In this document: piece after piece, positions 55,641-64,000 of the stretch
Layout of the letters: every line of letters starts with the position of its first letter
How positions within the stretch are numbered: the stretch's first letter is position 1
From: an uncultured Desulfobacter sp.
Lineage (GTDB): Bacteria > Desulfobacterota > Desulfobacteria > Desulfobacterales > Desulfobacteraceae
Reading direction: 5' to 3'
DNA length: 64,000 nt
NCBI GenBank assembly: GCA_963665095.1
Contig: OY762069.1
Span: 3,552,001 to 3,616,000 of the forward strand
The notes under the pieces: model-generated
The model's database searches: none
Told to the model about the DNA's origin: nothing
What the model saw: only the letters and a program-made list of their open reading frames with translations
Made by a program: the position numbers and the translations under genes

Positions 55641-56099
55641 TTACTTCCCGGGAGTCAGGCAGTCACTGCAGATCCCGAAAAAATCAAGCCGGTGATTTAA
55701 AATTTCAAACCGGGTCTCCCGGGCAACTTCTTTTTTCATATCATCAAAGCTGTCAAGGTCAGGATCAACAATTTTCTTACACCGGACACAGATCACATGG
55801 GGATGGGGATAAGGCTTTTTGCCGTCGTACCGGTTGCTGCCATCGGGGAATCCCAACTCAAGGACCTCTCCCAAAGACTTGATCAATGCAATATTTTTAT
55901 ACACCGTTGCCAGACTCATGGTGGGGAAATCGGGTTTCAGCTGGCCATAAATATCCTCGGCACTGGGATGACCAACACTTTTGGCAAGAATCCTGACAAT
56001 GGCCATCCGCTGGGGGGTGATTTTATAGCCGCTATCCTTTAACTTGCTGATAATGGTATTATATCTGCTTTCGTGGTCTTCCAAGGAATGAACCTTCAA
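55641..56099 (-). CDS. perR: Fur-family regulator, PerR-like
   Basis: ITPQR, HPSAEDIY, SLATVYK, SNRYD, HPHVICVRC, KIVD (Asp as in PerR, where Fur has Glu) and CSDC; directly upstream of katG. Confidence 0.8.
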   Translation of the reverse strand: MKVHSLEDHESRYNTIISKLKDSGYKITPQRMAIVRILAKSVGHPSAEDIYGQLKPDFPTMSLATVYKNIALIKSLGEVLELGFPDGSNRYDGKKPYPHPHVICVRCKKIVDPDLDSFDDMKKEVARETRFEILNHRLDFFGICSDCLTPGK

Positions 56100-56219
56100 T
56101 TTACTAATTTTAGCCAGGCAATCAGGTGCTGCAAATGTAAAAAGCCCGCCCCGGCCACTGCCTTTACCGGCAGGGCCAAGGCCGGTAATACCTATTATTA
56201 AACGACGGCTCTTGGAAAA

Positions 56220-58238
56220 TCAATCAAAGAGTTTAGCCACAGCCTGCTCAACCTTTGCATCATCTGCCAGGTGGGGAATGGTGATCTGGTCGCCATTGGG
56301 GTTTTGGGCATTATAGGCCACGGCCACTTCCCTGGCATTGGGGTTGCCGGCCCAGTTTCTTCGGGCCACCCCGCCCATGACATCCCAGAGCATGGCCGAT
56401 CTGATGATGGCATCCACGCGGTCGCTGCCGTCCAGCACCAGGCCGAATCCGCCGTTGATGGCTTTGCCGATACCTGTGCCGCCGCCGTTGTGCAGGGCCA
56501 CCATGCTCATGCCTCTGGCTGCGTTGCCGGCAAAGCAGTGGGTGGCCATGTCTGCGCAGACATTGGAGCCGTCATAAATATTGGCAGTTTCCCGGAACGG
56601 GGAGTCTGTGCCGCCGGGGTCGTGATGGTCCCGGCCCAGCATGATGGGGGCGGATACCTCTCCGGTTCGAACCATCTCATTGAACTTCAGGGCAATGGCG
56701 ACTCTTCCTGCGGCATCCTGGTAAAGAATTCTGGCCTGGGAGCCCACCACAAGCCGGTTCTTTTTGGCATCCCTGATCCAGACATAGTTGTCGCGGTCAT
56801 AGGGGCGGCGGTCCGGGTCAATGCAGGACATGGCAGCCGCATCGGTCTTGTCCAGGTCTTCAGGTTTTCCCGAGAGGCAGACCCAGCGGAAAGGACCGTA
56901 TCCATAGTCAAAAATAGGTCCCATGATATCTTCAAAATAAGAGGGATAGACAAACCCGTCCTTGGCATCCACCCCGTTTTTGGACACTTCCATGACACCG
57001 GCATCAAATACCGCTTTTAGAAATGCATTGCCGTAATCAAAGAAATAGGTGCCTTTGGCTGTCAGCTTTTTGATCAGTTCATAGTGCAGCTTCAGGCTGT
57101 CATCCACCAGCTGGTGGAACCGTTTCCGGTCTTGAGCCAACAGTTCGGTACGCTCCCCAAATGTCAGACCGGCCGGGCAATATCCGCCGTCATAGACCAC
57201 ATGGCAGGATGTCTGATCAGAAAGAAGATCCACCTTCAGATCTTTTTTAACCAGAAAATCAAGCAGATCCACCACGTTGCCGTGGTAGGCAATGGAGGTG
57301 TTCTTTTTTGCTTCCACAGCCGCTCTGGCCGTCTTATACACTGTTTCAAGATCATCAGACACCACATCCACCCAGCCCTGGTCATGCCGGGTCTTTACCC
57401 TGGAATAATCCACCTCTGCAGTGATGGAGGCGGCGCCCGCAATTTTTGCGGCCTTGGGCTGGGCCCCGCTCATACCGCCAAGGCCTGAGGAGACAAAAAG
57501 CAGCCCTGCCAGATCTTTGTCTGCCGGCACTGCGCACATCTTACGGCCGGCATTGAGAAGGGTGTTGTAAGTGCCGTGGACAATGCCCTGGGGACCAATG
57601 TACATCCAGCCCCCGGCGGTCATCTGGCCATAGGAGGAGACCCCCATCTGCACGGCAACTTCCCAGTCATCCGGGTTGTCGTACAGCCCTACCAGCAACC
57701 CGTTGGTAATAATGATCCGGGGATTATCCGGTTCAGAGGCAAACAGCCCTAAAGGGTGCCCTGACTGCATCACCAGGGTCTGGTGGTCGGTGAGTACCTC
57801 CAGATACCGTTTAATAAGCTGGTACTGCATCCAGTTCTGGCAGACAGATCCGGTCTCCCCGTAAGTCACCAGCTCATAGGGATACAACGCCACATCAAAG
57901 TCAAGGTTGTTATCGATCATCACCTGGACGGCTCTGCCTGCCTCGCAGTTGCCTTTGTACTCATGGATGGACTTTGCCTTGATATGGCCTTCGGGCCGAT
58001 ACCGGTATCCGTAAATTCTGCCCCGGGTTTTAAGTTCCTCAAGAAATTCGGGAATGAGCTCATCCTGAAGATGTGCCGGAATATATCGCAGGGCATTTTT
58101 CAAGGCCACCCCAGTCTGGGCCTTTGTCAGTCGAAAGCCCCTGTCAGGTGCCCGGCGTACGCCCTGGACAAACGCTTTTTTCTCCGGCAGGGTGTCCGGC
58201 AGAGTGATGGTCATGGTGGGGGCTGATGGATGGTTCAT
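56220..58238 (-). CDS. hutU: Urocanate hydratase (long form)
   Basis: YPYELVTYGETG, YGQMTAGGWMYIGPQGIVHGT, GLGGMSGAQPKA, SDQTSCH, GPFRW, GRDHHD and HNGGG motifs. ATG 58238 has an AGGAG RBS. Confidence 0.95.
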   Translation of the reverse strand: MNHPSAPTMTITLPDTLPEKKAFVQGVRRAPDRGFRLTKAQTGVALKNALRYIPAHLQDELIPEFLEELKTRGRIYGYRYRPEGHIKAKSIHEYKGNCEAGRAVQVMIDNNLDFDVALYPYELVTYGETGSVCQNWMQYQLIKRYLEVLTDHQTLVMQSGHPLGLFASEPDNPRIIITNGLLVGLYDNPDDWEVAVQMGVSSYGQMTAGGWMYIGPQGIVHGTYNTLLNAGRKMCAVPADKDLAGLLFVSSGLGGMSGAQPKAAKIAGAASITAEVDYSRVKTRHDQGWVDVVSDDLETVYKTARAAVEAKKNTSIAYHGNVVDLLDFLVKKDLKVDLLSDQTSCHVVYDGGYCPAGLTFGERTELLAQDRKRFHQLVDDSLKLHYELIKKLTAKGTYFFDYGNAFLKAVFDAGVMEVSKNGVDAKDGFVYPSYFEDIMGPIFDYGYGPFRWVCLSGKPEDLDKTDAAAMSCIDPDRRPYDRDNYVWIRDAKKNRLVVGSQARILYQDAAGRVAIALKFNEMVRTGEVSAPIMLGRDHHDPGGTDSPFRETANIYDGSNVCADMATHCFAGNAARGMSMVALHNGGGTGIGKAINGGFGLVLDGSDRVDAIIRSAMLWDVMGGVARRNWAGNPNAREVAVAYNAQNPNGDQITIPHLADDAKVEQAVAKLFD

Positions 58239-58292
58239 GGATTTTCTCCTTAAGAAGACCGTCAAAATTGCGGCGGCTGTTCTGTCAAGTGG

Positions 58293-58335
58293 CTTGTATA
58301 TACAAGTTTATATAACTCAAAAAAAATGATGTCAA
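58293..58335 (-). promoter_or_regulatory. hutU promoter with HutC-type operator
   Basis: Minus strand TTGACA (58335-58330)-17-TATAAA, immediately followed by the perfect palindrome CTTGTATATACAAG (58293-58306). Confidence 0.82.
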
Positions 58336-58611
58336 TGCATATCTTGCCTGGGTCAGTTCACGCCTGGTTTACTAAAATTGAATATGGTGCCCGAACACAA
58401 AGCGTCCCTGAAACTGTGCATTGGGGCCTTGGGGCAACCCGGGTTACATTTTTGGCTCCCGACAAATTATCTTTTTGACAACACGCGGGCATCCATGACA
58501 ATTAAAGGGGAACGAATTTTACCCCATACAGCAATTACTGGTTAATAATCCCGGGCCGGATTCAAAAATAACAGAAGTGCTGCCTTATCATCCTAAAAAC
58601 AGGAGAGCCTC

Positions 58612-60129
58612 ATGAATACACCGCATCAATTGACGGTATTTGACTATTTCCTTCGCAATGCTCAGATGTATGCGGAAGGGTGCGCCATTCACTTTAACGG
58701 TAAAGACCACAGCCATTCAAAACTGTTTGACGACGCCTGCCGGCTGGTTAACGGGCTTTCAAAACTGAACCTGATTCCCGGTACCAGGGTGGCGGTGGCC
58801 GCACGAAACCATCCGGCCTTTTTTCATCTCTTTGCCGCAGCCTCTGCTTTGAACCTGTGCCTGGTACTTGTCAACCGTCGGCTGGGTGAGGATGAACTGG
58901 CCCATGCCATTGACGATACCACGCCCCGGGTGGTGATTTTTGACAATGCCACCAGGCAGAAAATTGAGCCCCTGATTCAGGCGCGCGCCAGTATCACCCA
59001 CAGCTTCAATATTGACGAAAATTTTTCCGCCCTCTATGCACCGGATACGGATGGAGCACTGGAGGTGGCCGCAGATTCGGATCCGGGTCTTGCCTATATC
59101 ATTATCCACACGGCAGCAGTGCAGGGGAAACCCCGGGGAGCCGTTCTCAACCAGGAGAATGTTATCCTTGCCAGTCTTCAGCTTCTCCATGCTTATGGAC
59201 TCTCTCCTTTAAAAACTTACCTGAATATTTTGCCCCTGTTTCACATCATGGGGGTTAATATCGGCCTTGCCACAGTCATGGCCGCGGGGAAAAATGTGAT
59301 CATGGAACAGTTCTCACCGGAAACCAGCATAGATCTTATTCAGGCGCAGCAGGTGTCCATATTCGGTTCCTTTCCGCCCATACTCTCCCGGATCCTGGAG
59401 TGTATCAAATCCAGGGAAACGGCACCGGTGCTCTCCAGTCTTGAAATCGCGGCAGGACTTGAAACCCCGGATATGGCCAGGGAGTGGGAGACTGTAACAG
59501 GTTCAAAGTTCTGGATCATGTATGGGCAAAGCGAAACATCAGGTCTGATCACCTTTTCACCCCTTTTTGAGCAGCCCGGATCTGCCGGGAAAATATCCCA
59601 TCTGGCCCGGCTTGCCATTGCTGATGAGCAGGATAACCTGCTCCCGGCAGGCACCACAGGCGAAATTGTTGTCAAAGGGCCCCTGGCCTTCCAGGGGTAC
59701 TGGAACGCCGAAGACCTGAATAACTATACCTTTAGAAACGGCTGGCACCACACCGGGGACATGGGTCAGGTGGATGAAAACGGGTACCTTTATTTTAAGG
59801 GCAGAAAGCCGGAAAAAGAGCTCATCAAGCCCGGCGGAGAAAATGTCTTTCCTGCTGAGGTGGAAAATGCACTTCTCAGCCATGGGGCAGTTGACAAGGC
59901 CTGCGTGTTCGGCGTCCCGGACCCGGAATTCGGGGAAGCCATCAAGGCGGTATGTACACTTAAACCGGGCAGTACTGCCACGGAAAAAGAGTTAATCGCC
60001 TATACCGGTACCATCATTGCCGGATTTAAAAAACCGAAATTCATTGAGTTCATAGATGAAATGCCCCTGACCGCAGCCGGCAACCCGGACCGCATGGTAA
60101 TCAAAGAGATGTTTGCCCAGAATACTTAA
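58612..60129 (+). CDS. AMP-binding (ANL superfamily) acyl-CoA ligase-like protein with atypical motifs
   Basis: LPLFHIMG, YGQSET, GEIVVKGP, WHHTGDMG and GGENVFPAEVE motifs; the P-loop reads IHTAAVQGKPRG. Confidence 0.88.
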   Translation: MNTPHQLTVFDYFLRNAQMYAEGCAIHFNGKDHSHSKLFDDACRLVNGLSKLNLIPGTRVAVAARNHPAFFHLFAAASALNLCLVLVNRRLGEDELAHAIDDTTPRVVIFDNATRQKIEPLIQARASITHSFNIDENFSALYAPDTDGALEVAADSDPGLAYIIIHTAAVQGKPRGAVLNQENVILASLQLLHAYGLSPLKTYLNILPLFHIMGVNIGLATVMAAGKNVIMEQFSPETSIDLIQAQQVSIFGSFPPILSRILECIKSRETAPVLSSLEIAAGLETPDMAREWETVTGSKFWIMYGQSETSGLITFSPLFEQPGSAGKISHLARLAIADEQDNLLPAGTTGEIVVKGPLAFQGYWNAEDLNNYTFRNGWHHTGDMGQVDENGYLYFKGRKPEKELIKPGGENVFPAEVENALLSHGAVDKACVFGVPDPEFGEAIKAVCTLKPGSTATEKELIAYTGTIIAGFKKPKFIEFIDEMPLTAAGNPDRMVIKEMFAQNT

Positions 60130-60292
60130 CAGGCGCTATTAATTTTAACTCAGCTACAGGTCCTGGAAATGGCACAGAGATGCAGTCCAGGGCCTTTCCC
60201 CGTGTTAATTTTTCCATTTTTACCCCCGTATCGTCGTCCGCCCTTTTTTTCCAAGCCCCCCTTCACAATCATCGAATGCTGATTACATCTTA

Positions 60293-60325
60293 TTGACGGA
60301 TTTAAAAGTTATGTGTATAAAACTT
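60293..60325 (+). promoter_or_regulatory. Putative feoAB sigma70 promoter with overlapping imperfect inverted repeat
   Basis: TTGACG-17-TATAAA; AAGTT-N10-AACTT at 60306-60325. Confidence 0.55.
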
Positions 60326-60382
60326 ATCCACTAAAGCAATAGAACCGTATGAAAGATATTAAAAATAATGAAGGAGCGTTGA

Positions 60383-60616
60383 ATGGCCACCATTAACTTG
60401 AGGCAGATGAAGAGAAACCAGAGTGGCGTTATTACCTCGGTGAAAGCAGAAGGTGAACTCGGCCGCAGGATCCGGGACATGGGCATTGTGCCGGGCAAGG
60501 AGATCACCGTCCAGGGACGAGCACCGCTCTATGACCCGGTGGCCTTAAGAATCATGGGATTTACGCTGACCCTTCGCAACAACGAGGCAGACTACATACA
60601 AGTTGAGGTGAGCTGA
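60383..60616 (+). CDS. feoA: Ferrous iron transport protein A
   Basis: RRIRDMGIVPG, APLYDP and LTLRNNEA motifs; AAGGAG RBS. Confidence 0.93.
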   Translation: MATINLRQMKRNQSGVITSVKAEGELGRRIRDMGIVPGKEITVQGRAPLYDPVALRIMGFTLTLRNNEADYIQVEVS

Positions 60617-60619
60617 AAA

Positions 60620-62824
60620 ATGAATACTGTTATTGCCCTGGCAGGTAATCCCAACTCCGGGAAAACAACGCTGTTCAATGAACTGACCGGTGCACGCCAG
60701 CATGTTGGCAACTACCCCGGCGTCACAGTGGAAAAAAAACAGGGCACCTGCGTGTCCGAGGCAGGGACCTTTGAAATTGTTGACCTGCCCGGCACCTACT
60801 CCCTGACAGCCTACTCCCTGGAAGAGGTGGTGGCAAGGGACTACATCGTCAATGAAAAACCCGCCATGATCGTTAATATCGTGGACGCCTCAAACCTGGA
60901 ACGGAACCTGTACCTGTCCGTACAGTTCATGGAGATGGGCATTCCCGTATGCCTGGCCCTGAACATGATGGATGTGGCAAAGAAAAGGGGCATGGAAATC
61001 GATGTCCAGCGGCTGTCAGAACTGTTAGGCATCCCTGTGGTGCCCATGGTGGCAAGAACCGGCAAAGGGAAAAAGGAGCTGCTTGCCCAGGTGGCGGCAG
61101 ATCTTGACAAACCAGCCTCCCCATTGATGATATCCTATGGCCGGGATATTGGCAAAGCCCTGGATGACATGGAAAAGATCATCCTGGAAAACCAGTTTCT
61201 AACAGACACCTACCCGGCCAGGTGGGTGGGGCTTAAATATCTTGAAAATGATCAGCAGATCATTGAACTGGGACAGGCCCAAAGTGCAGACGTGGCAGGC
61301 CGGCTTATGAGCATTTCCGAAAAAGTTGATGCGCATACGACCGCAACCCTGGATACCCACCCCGAAGCCATGATTGCCGACCAGCGGTATGGATTTATCA
61401 ACTCCGTACTCAAGCAGAACGTGATCCGGTTTGCCTATGACCGCAACCGGCTCCAGCAAAGCGACCAGATTGACAAAGTACTGACCAACAGGTTCATCGG
61501 GCCGTTGATCATGGTGGGTGTACTGGCGGCTCTGTATCACTTTACCTTTACTTACAGCGCCCTGCCTGTGGCGTGGATCGAAGGGCTTTTCGGGTGGATC
61601 GGCGGGATAGCGGATGCAATGCTCCCGGACGGACTGCTGAAATCCATGATTATATCCGGCGTCATTGATGGTGTGGGCGGTGTTATGGGATTTGTGCCGC
61701 TGATTATGTTCATGTTTTTAGGCATCTCTTTTATTGAAGATTCCGGGTATCTTGCCAGAATGGCATTTATGCTGGACAGGGTGTTCCGAATTTTTGGCCT
61801 GCACGGCAGTTCGGTGATGGCGTTTATTGTTTCCGGCGGCATTGCCGGCGGCTGTGCTGTACCCGGTGTTATGGCGGCCCGGACCCTTAAATCTCCCAGA
61901 GAACGACTGGCCACGCTCTTAACGGTGCCATTCATGAACTGCGGTGCCAAGCTGCCGGTATTTGCCCTTCTGGTGGCAGCCTTTTTCCCGACACACCAGG
62001 CAATGGTCATGCTGATTCTCACCCTGATCTCCTGGGTTGGCGCCCTTCTGGTGGCAAAGCTGTTAAGATCCACCGTTATCCGTGGGGAGGCAACCCCCTT
62101 TGTCATGGAGCTGCCGCCCTATCGTCTCCCCACCCTCAAAGGGCTTTGGATTCATACCTGGGAACGGACCTGGCAGTATATGAAAAAGGCAGGCACCGTG
62201 ATCTTAGGCATATCCATTCTCATCTGGGCCATGATGACCTTTCCAGGCCTGGACGACCAGACAGCTCAAAAATTTGATGCCCGGCGCACAACCATCACTG
62301 CGGAAACGCCAACCCGGATCATGACGGAAATCAAGACGGCCTCAGAGGACACCGAACTCTCCCCTGAAGCGCAAAAGGTTCAGCAGGCCCTGAATGACAT
62401 TGGCGGCCGGGAAGCTGAAGCGGCTCTTGAAAACTCCATTGCCGGCAGACTTGGTAAAGCGCTTGAAAAGGTATCTTTCCTGGCCGGATTTGACTGGCGT
62501 ACCAATATTGCCCTTGTGGGCGGGCTGGCTGCCAAAGAGGTGGTGGTCTCCACTCTGGGAACGGCTTACTCTCTGGGGGATGTGGACCCGGAAAGCACAG
62601 ACTCTTTGGCCCAGAGACTTGCCAAGACCCCTGGCTGGGGGCCTGTCACTGCATTTGCCATGATGATATTCACTGTTTTTTACGCCCCCTGCTTTGTTAC
62701 GGTGGTCTGCATCGCCCGGGAAACCGGATCATGGAAATGGGCGGCTTTTTCAGTGGGCTTCAATACGGCACTGGCCTTTGTACTGTCTGTATTGACCTAT
62801 CAGATTGGCTCGCTGATAATCTAA
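60620..62824 (+). CDS. feoB: Ferrous iron transport protein B
   Basis: G1 GNPNSGKT, G2 VGNYPGVTVE, G3 DLPG, G4 NMMD; EDSGYLAR, PFMNCGAKLP, FVMELPPY and AKEVVV motifs. Confidence 0.96.
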   Translation: MNTVIALAGNPNSGKTTLFNELTGARQHVGNYPGVTVEKKQGTCVSEAGTFEIVDLPGTYSLTAYSLEEVVARDYIVNEKPAMIVNIVDASNLERNLYLSVQFMEMGIPVCLALNMMDVAKKRGMEIDVQRLSELLGIPVVPMVARTGKGKKELLAQVAADLDKPASPLMISYGRDIGKALDDMEKIILENQFLTDTYPARWVGLKYLENDQQIIELGQAQSADVAGRLMSISEKVDAHTTATLDTHPEAMIADQRYGFINSVLKQNVIRFAYDRNRLQQSDQIDKVLTNRFIGPLIMVGVLAALYHFTFTYSALPVAWIEGLFGWIGGIADAMLPDGLLKSMIISGVIDGVGGVMGFVPLIMFMFLGISFIEDSGYLARMAFMLDRVFRIFGLHGSSVMAFIVSGGIAGGCAVPGVMAARTLKSPRERLATLLTVPFMNCGAKLPVFALLVAAFFPTHQAMVMLILTLISWVGALLVAKLLRSTVIRGEATPFVMELPPYRLPTLKGLWIHTWERTWQYMKKAGTVILGISILIWAMMTFPGLDDQTAQKFDARRTTITAETPTRIMTEIKTASEDTELSPEAQKVQQALNDIGGREAEAALENSIAGRLGKALEKVSFLAGFDWRTNIALVGGLAAKEVVVSTLGTAYSLGDVDPESTDSLAQRLAKTPGWGPVTAFAMMIFTVFYAPCFVTVVCIARETGSWKWAAFSVGFNTALAFVLSVLTYQIGSLII

Positions 62825-62826
62825 CC

Positions 62827-62869
62827 GGCAGGCAGCTCCCGCCCGGACAAAGCCGGGGAGCTGCCTGCC
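62827..62869 (+). repeat. GC-rich intercistronic stem-loop
   Basis: GGCAGGCAGCTCCC ... GGGAGCTGCCTGCC, a perfect 14-bp stem with no U-tract. Confidence 0.7.
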
Positions 62870-62892
62870 TGCTGTAAAAAGAGGAGAAGAAC

Positions 62893-63048
62893 ATGGAAAA
62901 TATCCTGGTTGGCGTAATTGTGGCAGCAGCCCTGTTTTATTATATAAAAAAAATGATAAAAGCCTTTAAGGGGCAGACCTCATGCAGTTGCGGCTGCGAA
63001 GGGTGCAGTTTATCCGTACCCGGAAAACAGGCGTGTAATGAAAAATAA
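62893..63048 (+). CDS. FeoB-associated Cys-rich small membrane protein (51 aa, not in the ORF track)
   Basis: Hand translation: MENILVGVIVAAALFYYIKKMIKAFKGQTSCSCGCEGCSLSVPGKQACNEK*; RBS GAGGAG. Confidence 0.85.
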   Translation: MENILVGVIVAAALFYYIKKMIKAFKGQTSCSCGCEGCSLSVPGKQACNEK

Positions 63049-63084
63049 TTGGCGTATTTTTATTGGTGATGCCGTTGGTATCTC

Positions 63085-63720
63085 ATGGCCCAACATTTAA
63101 AAATGAACTTTGAAGACGCGTTTACTGCAAAACTCTACGATCCACTGCTCTATTTCGCCATGCGAAACATCCGGCGAAGTATTATCCGGCTGATTTCAAA
63201 TCAGGATACACGTATTCTGGATCTGTGCTGCGGGACAGGCGATCAGCTGAAAAAATTATCTAATGCCGGTTTCAGCCGGTTAACAGGGGTGGATCTTTCG
63301 GCCGCAATGCTCAAAGTCGCCCGGAAAGGCAACAAGACAGTGACTTTCCTGGAACGCGACGCGCAGCACACAGGTCTTCCAGATGGATATTTTGACATCG
63401 TTATCATCTCCTTTGCAGTACATGAAAAACCTGCCTGGATGCAGAATGACATGGTGGCCGAGGCAGAGCGCCTGCTGGCACCTGGCGGTCGGCTGCTGTT
63501 AGTAGATTTTTCTTTGGATGACCAGGCCGGGATGATTGGCAAAGTGGGCGCCATGGGAATTGAACGAATGGCAGGGGCAGAGCACTACCGCAACTTTATA
63601 GCTTACGTGAACAGAGGTGGTATGCACCCTGTTATCCAAAGCCGGTTTAAAATAGAGCAACAGATCCGTCATGCCTGGGGTGTGGTCAGCATCTGGGTGG
63701 TTTCGGCGAAATTCCGATAA
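63085..63720 (+). CDS. Class I SAM-dependent methyltransferase
   Basis: ILDLCCGTG, GVDLSAAML, FDIV and LAPGGRLLLVD motifs. Confidence 0.88.
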   Translation: MAQHLKMNFEDAFTAKLYDPLLYFAMRNIRRSIIRLISNQDTRILDLCCGTGDQLKKLSNAGFSRLTGVDLSAAMLKVARKGNKTVTFLERDAQHTGLPDGYFDIVIISFAVHEKPAWMQNDMVAEAERLLAPGGRLLLVDFSLDDQAGMIGKVGAMGIERMAGAEHYRNFIAYVNRGGMHPVIQSRFKIEQQIRHAWGVVSIWVVSAKFR

Positions 63721-63871
63721 AAACGCTCATATCAGTGGGCTGTTCCCACAGACCTTGAAACGATGGATATCTATTCATCGCAAAACGTTCCTTTTTAATA
63801 CTCAAAAACACTTTCGCTTTTCCTTTCCTGATAAAATTAAGCGCCCTGGGCCCCCTGTTTTTAATGAAATA

Positions 63872-63900
63872 TTGACTCCGGGTGTGCTATCTAATACCAT
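63872..63900 (+). promoter_or_regulatory. Putative sigma70 promoter for a gene starting near 63991 (runs out of the window)
   Basis: TTGACT-17-TACCAT; ATG at 63991. Confidence 0.4.
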
Positions 63901-64000
63901 CCCTGTGAGAGGCGAAAATTTTATAACATGGGCAGGATGGTAATTACTGTTTCCAGTGAAAATGAATTGTTGAAGAATAGGGATTAGCCAATGAAAACAG

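Noticed and set aside
63895..63942. Hairpin TACCATCCCTG...CAGGATGGTA as a riboswitch
   Set aside because: No known aptamer consensus, and the downstream gene lies outside the window.

Overview
Bacterial chromosomal window, most consistent with a Desulfobacteraceae-like sulfate reducer (inferred from gene content, not a database match). It has four parts. (1) 1-6.4 kb: a family-5 (Dpp/Nik-type) ABC importer operon ending in a secreted FmdE-family protein. (2) About 6.6-45.3 kb: a visibly more AT-rich, signalling-dense tract with about 17 sensory genes (hybrid and classical histidine kinases, REC proteins, two HDOD proteins, HD-GYP, REC-GAF-GGDEF-EAL, two MCPs, bacteriohemerythrin, a pseudo-REC-FapA fusion). 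No DNA-binding response regulator is recognisable in it. Embedded in it is the most notable locus: a two-subunit cytochrome bd-superfamily oxidoreductase whose CydA-like subunit is fused to 8 CxxCH heme c motifs, followed 19 bp later by a CZB-domain chemoreceptor. (3) 45.4-60.1 kb: amino-acid/acyl-CoA metabolism and oxidative defence (two acyl-CoA dehydrogenases, XRE-cupin regulator, ilvE, katG plus a PerR-like regulator with a Fur/Per-type box, hutU with a HutC-type operator, and an ANL ligase with atypical motifs). (4) feoA-feoB, a small Cys-rich protein missed by the ORF track, and a methyltransferase. Two loci (24.9-26.9 kb and 51.5-53.1 kb) are pseudogene remnants condensed by serial internal deletions. 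No rRNA, tRNA, CRISPR array, transposase or integrase was recognised. All family calls come from reading motifs by eye; no searches were run.
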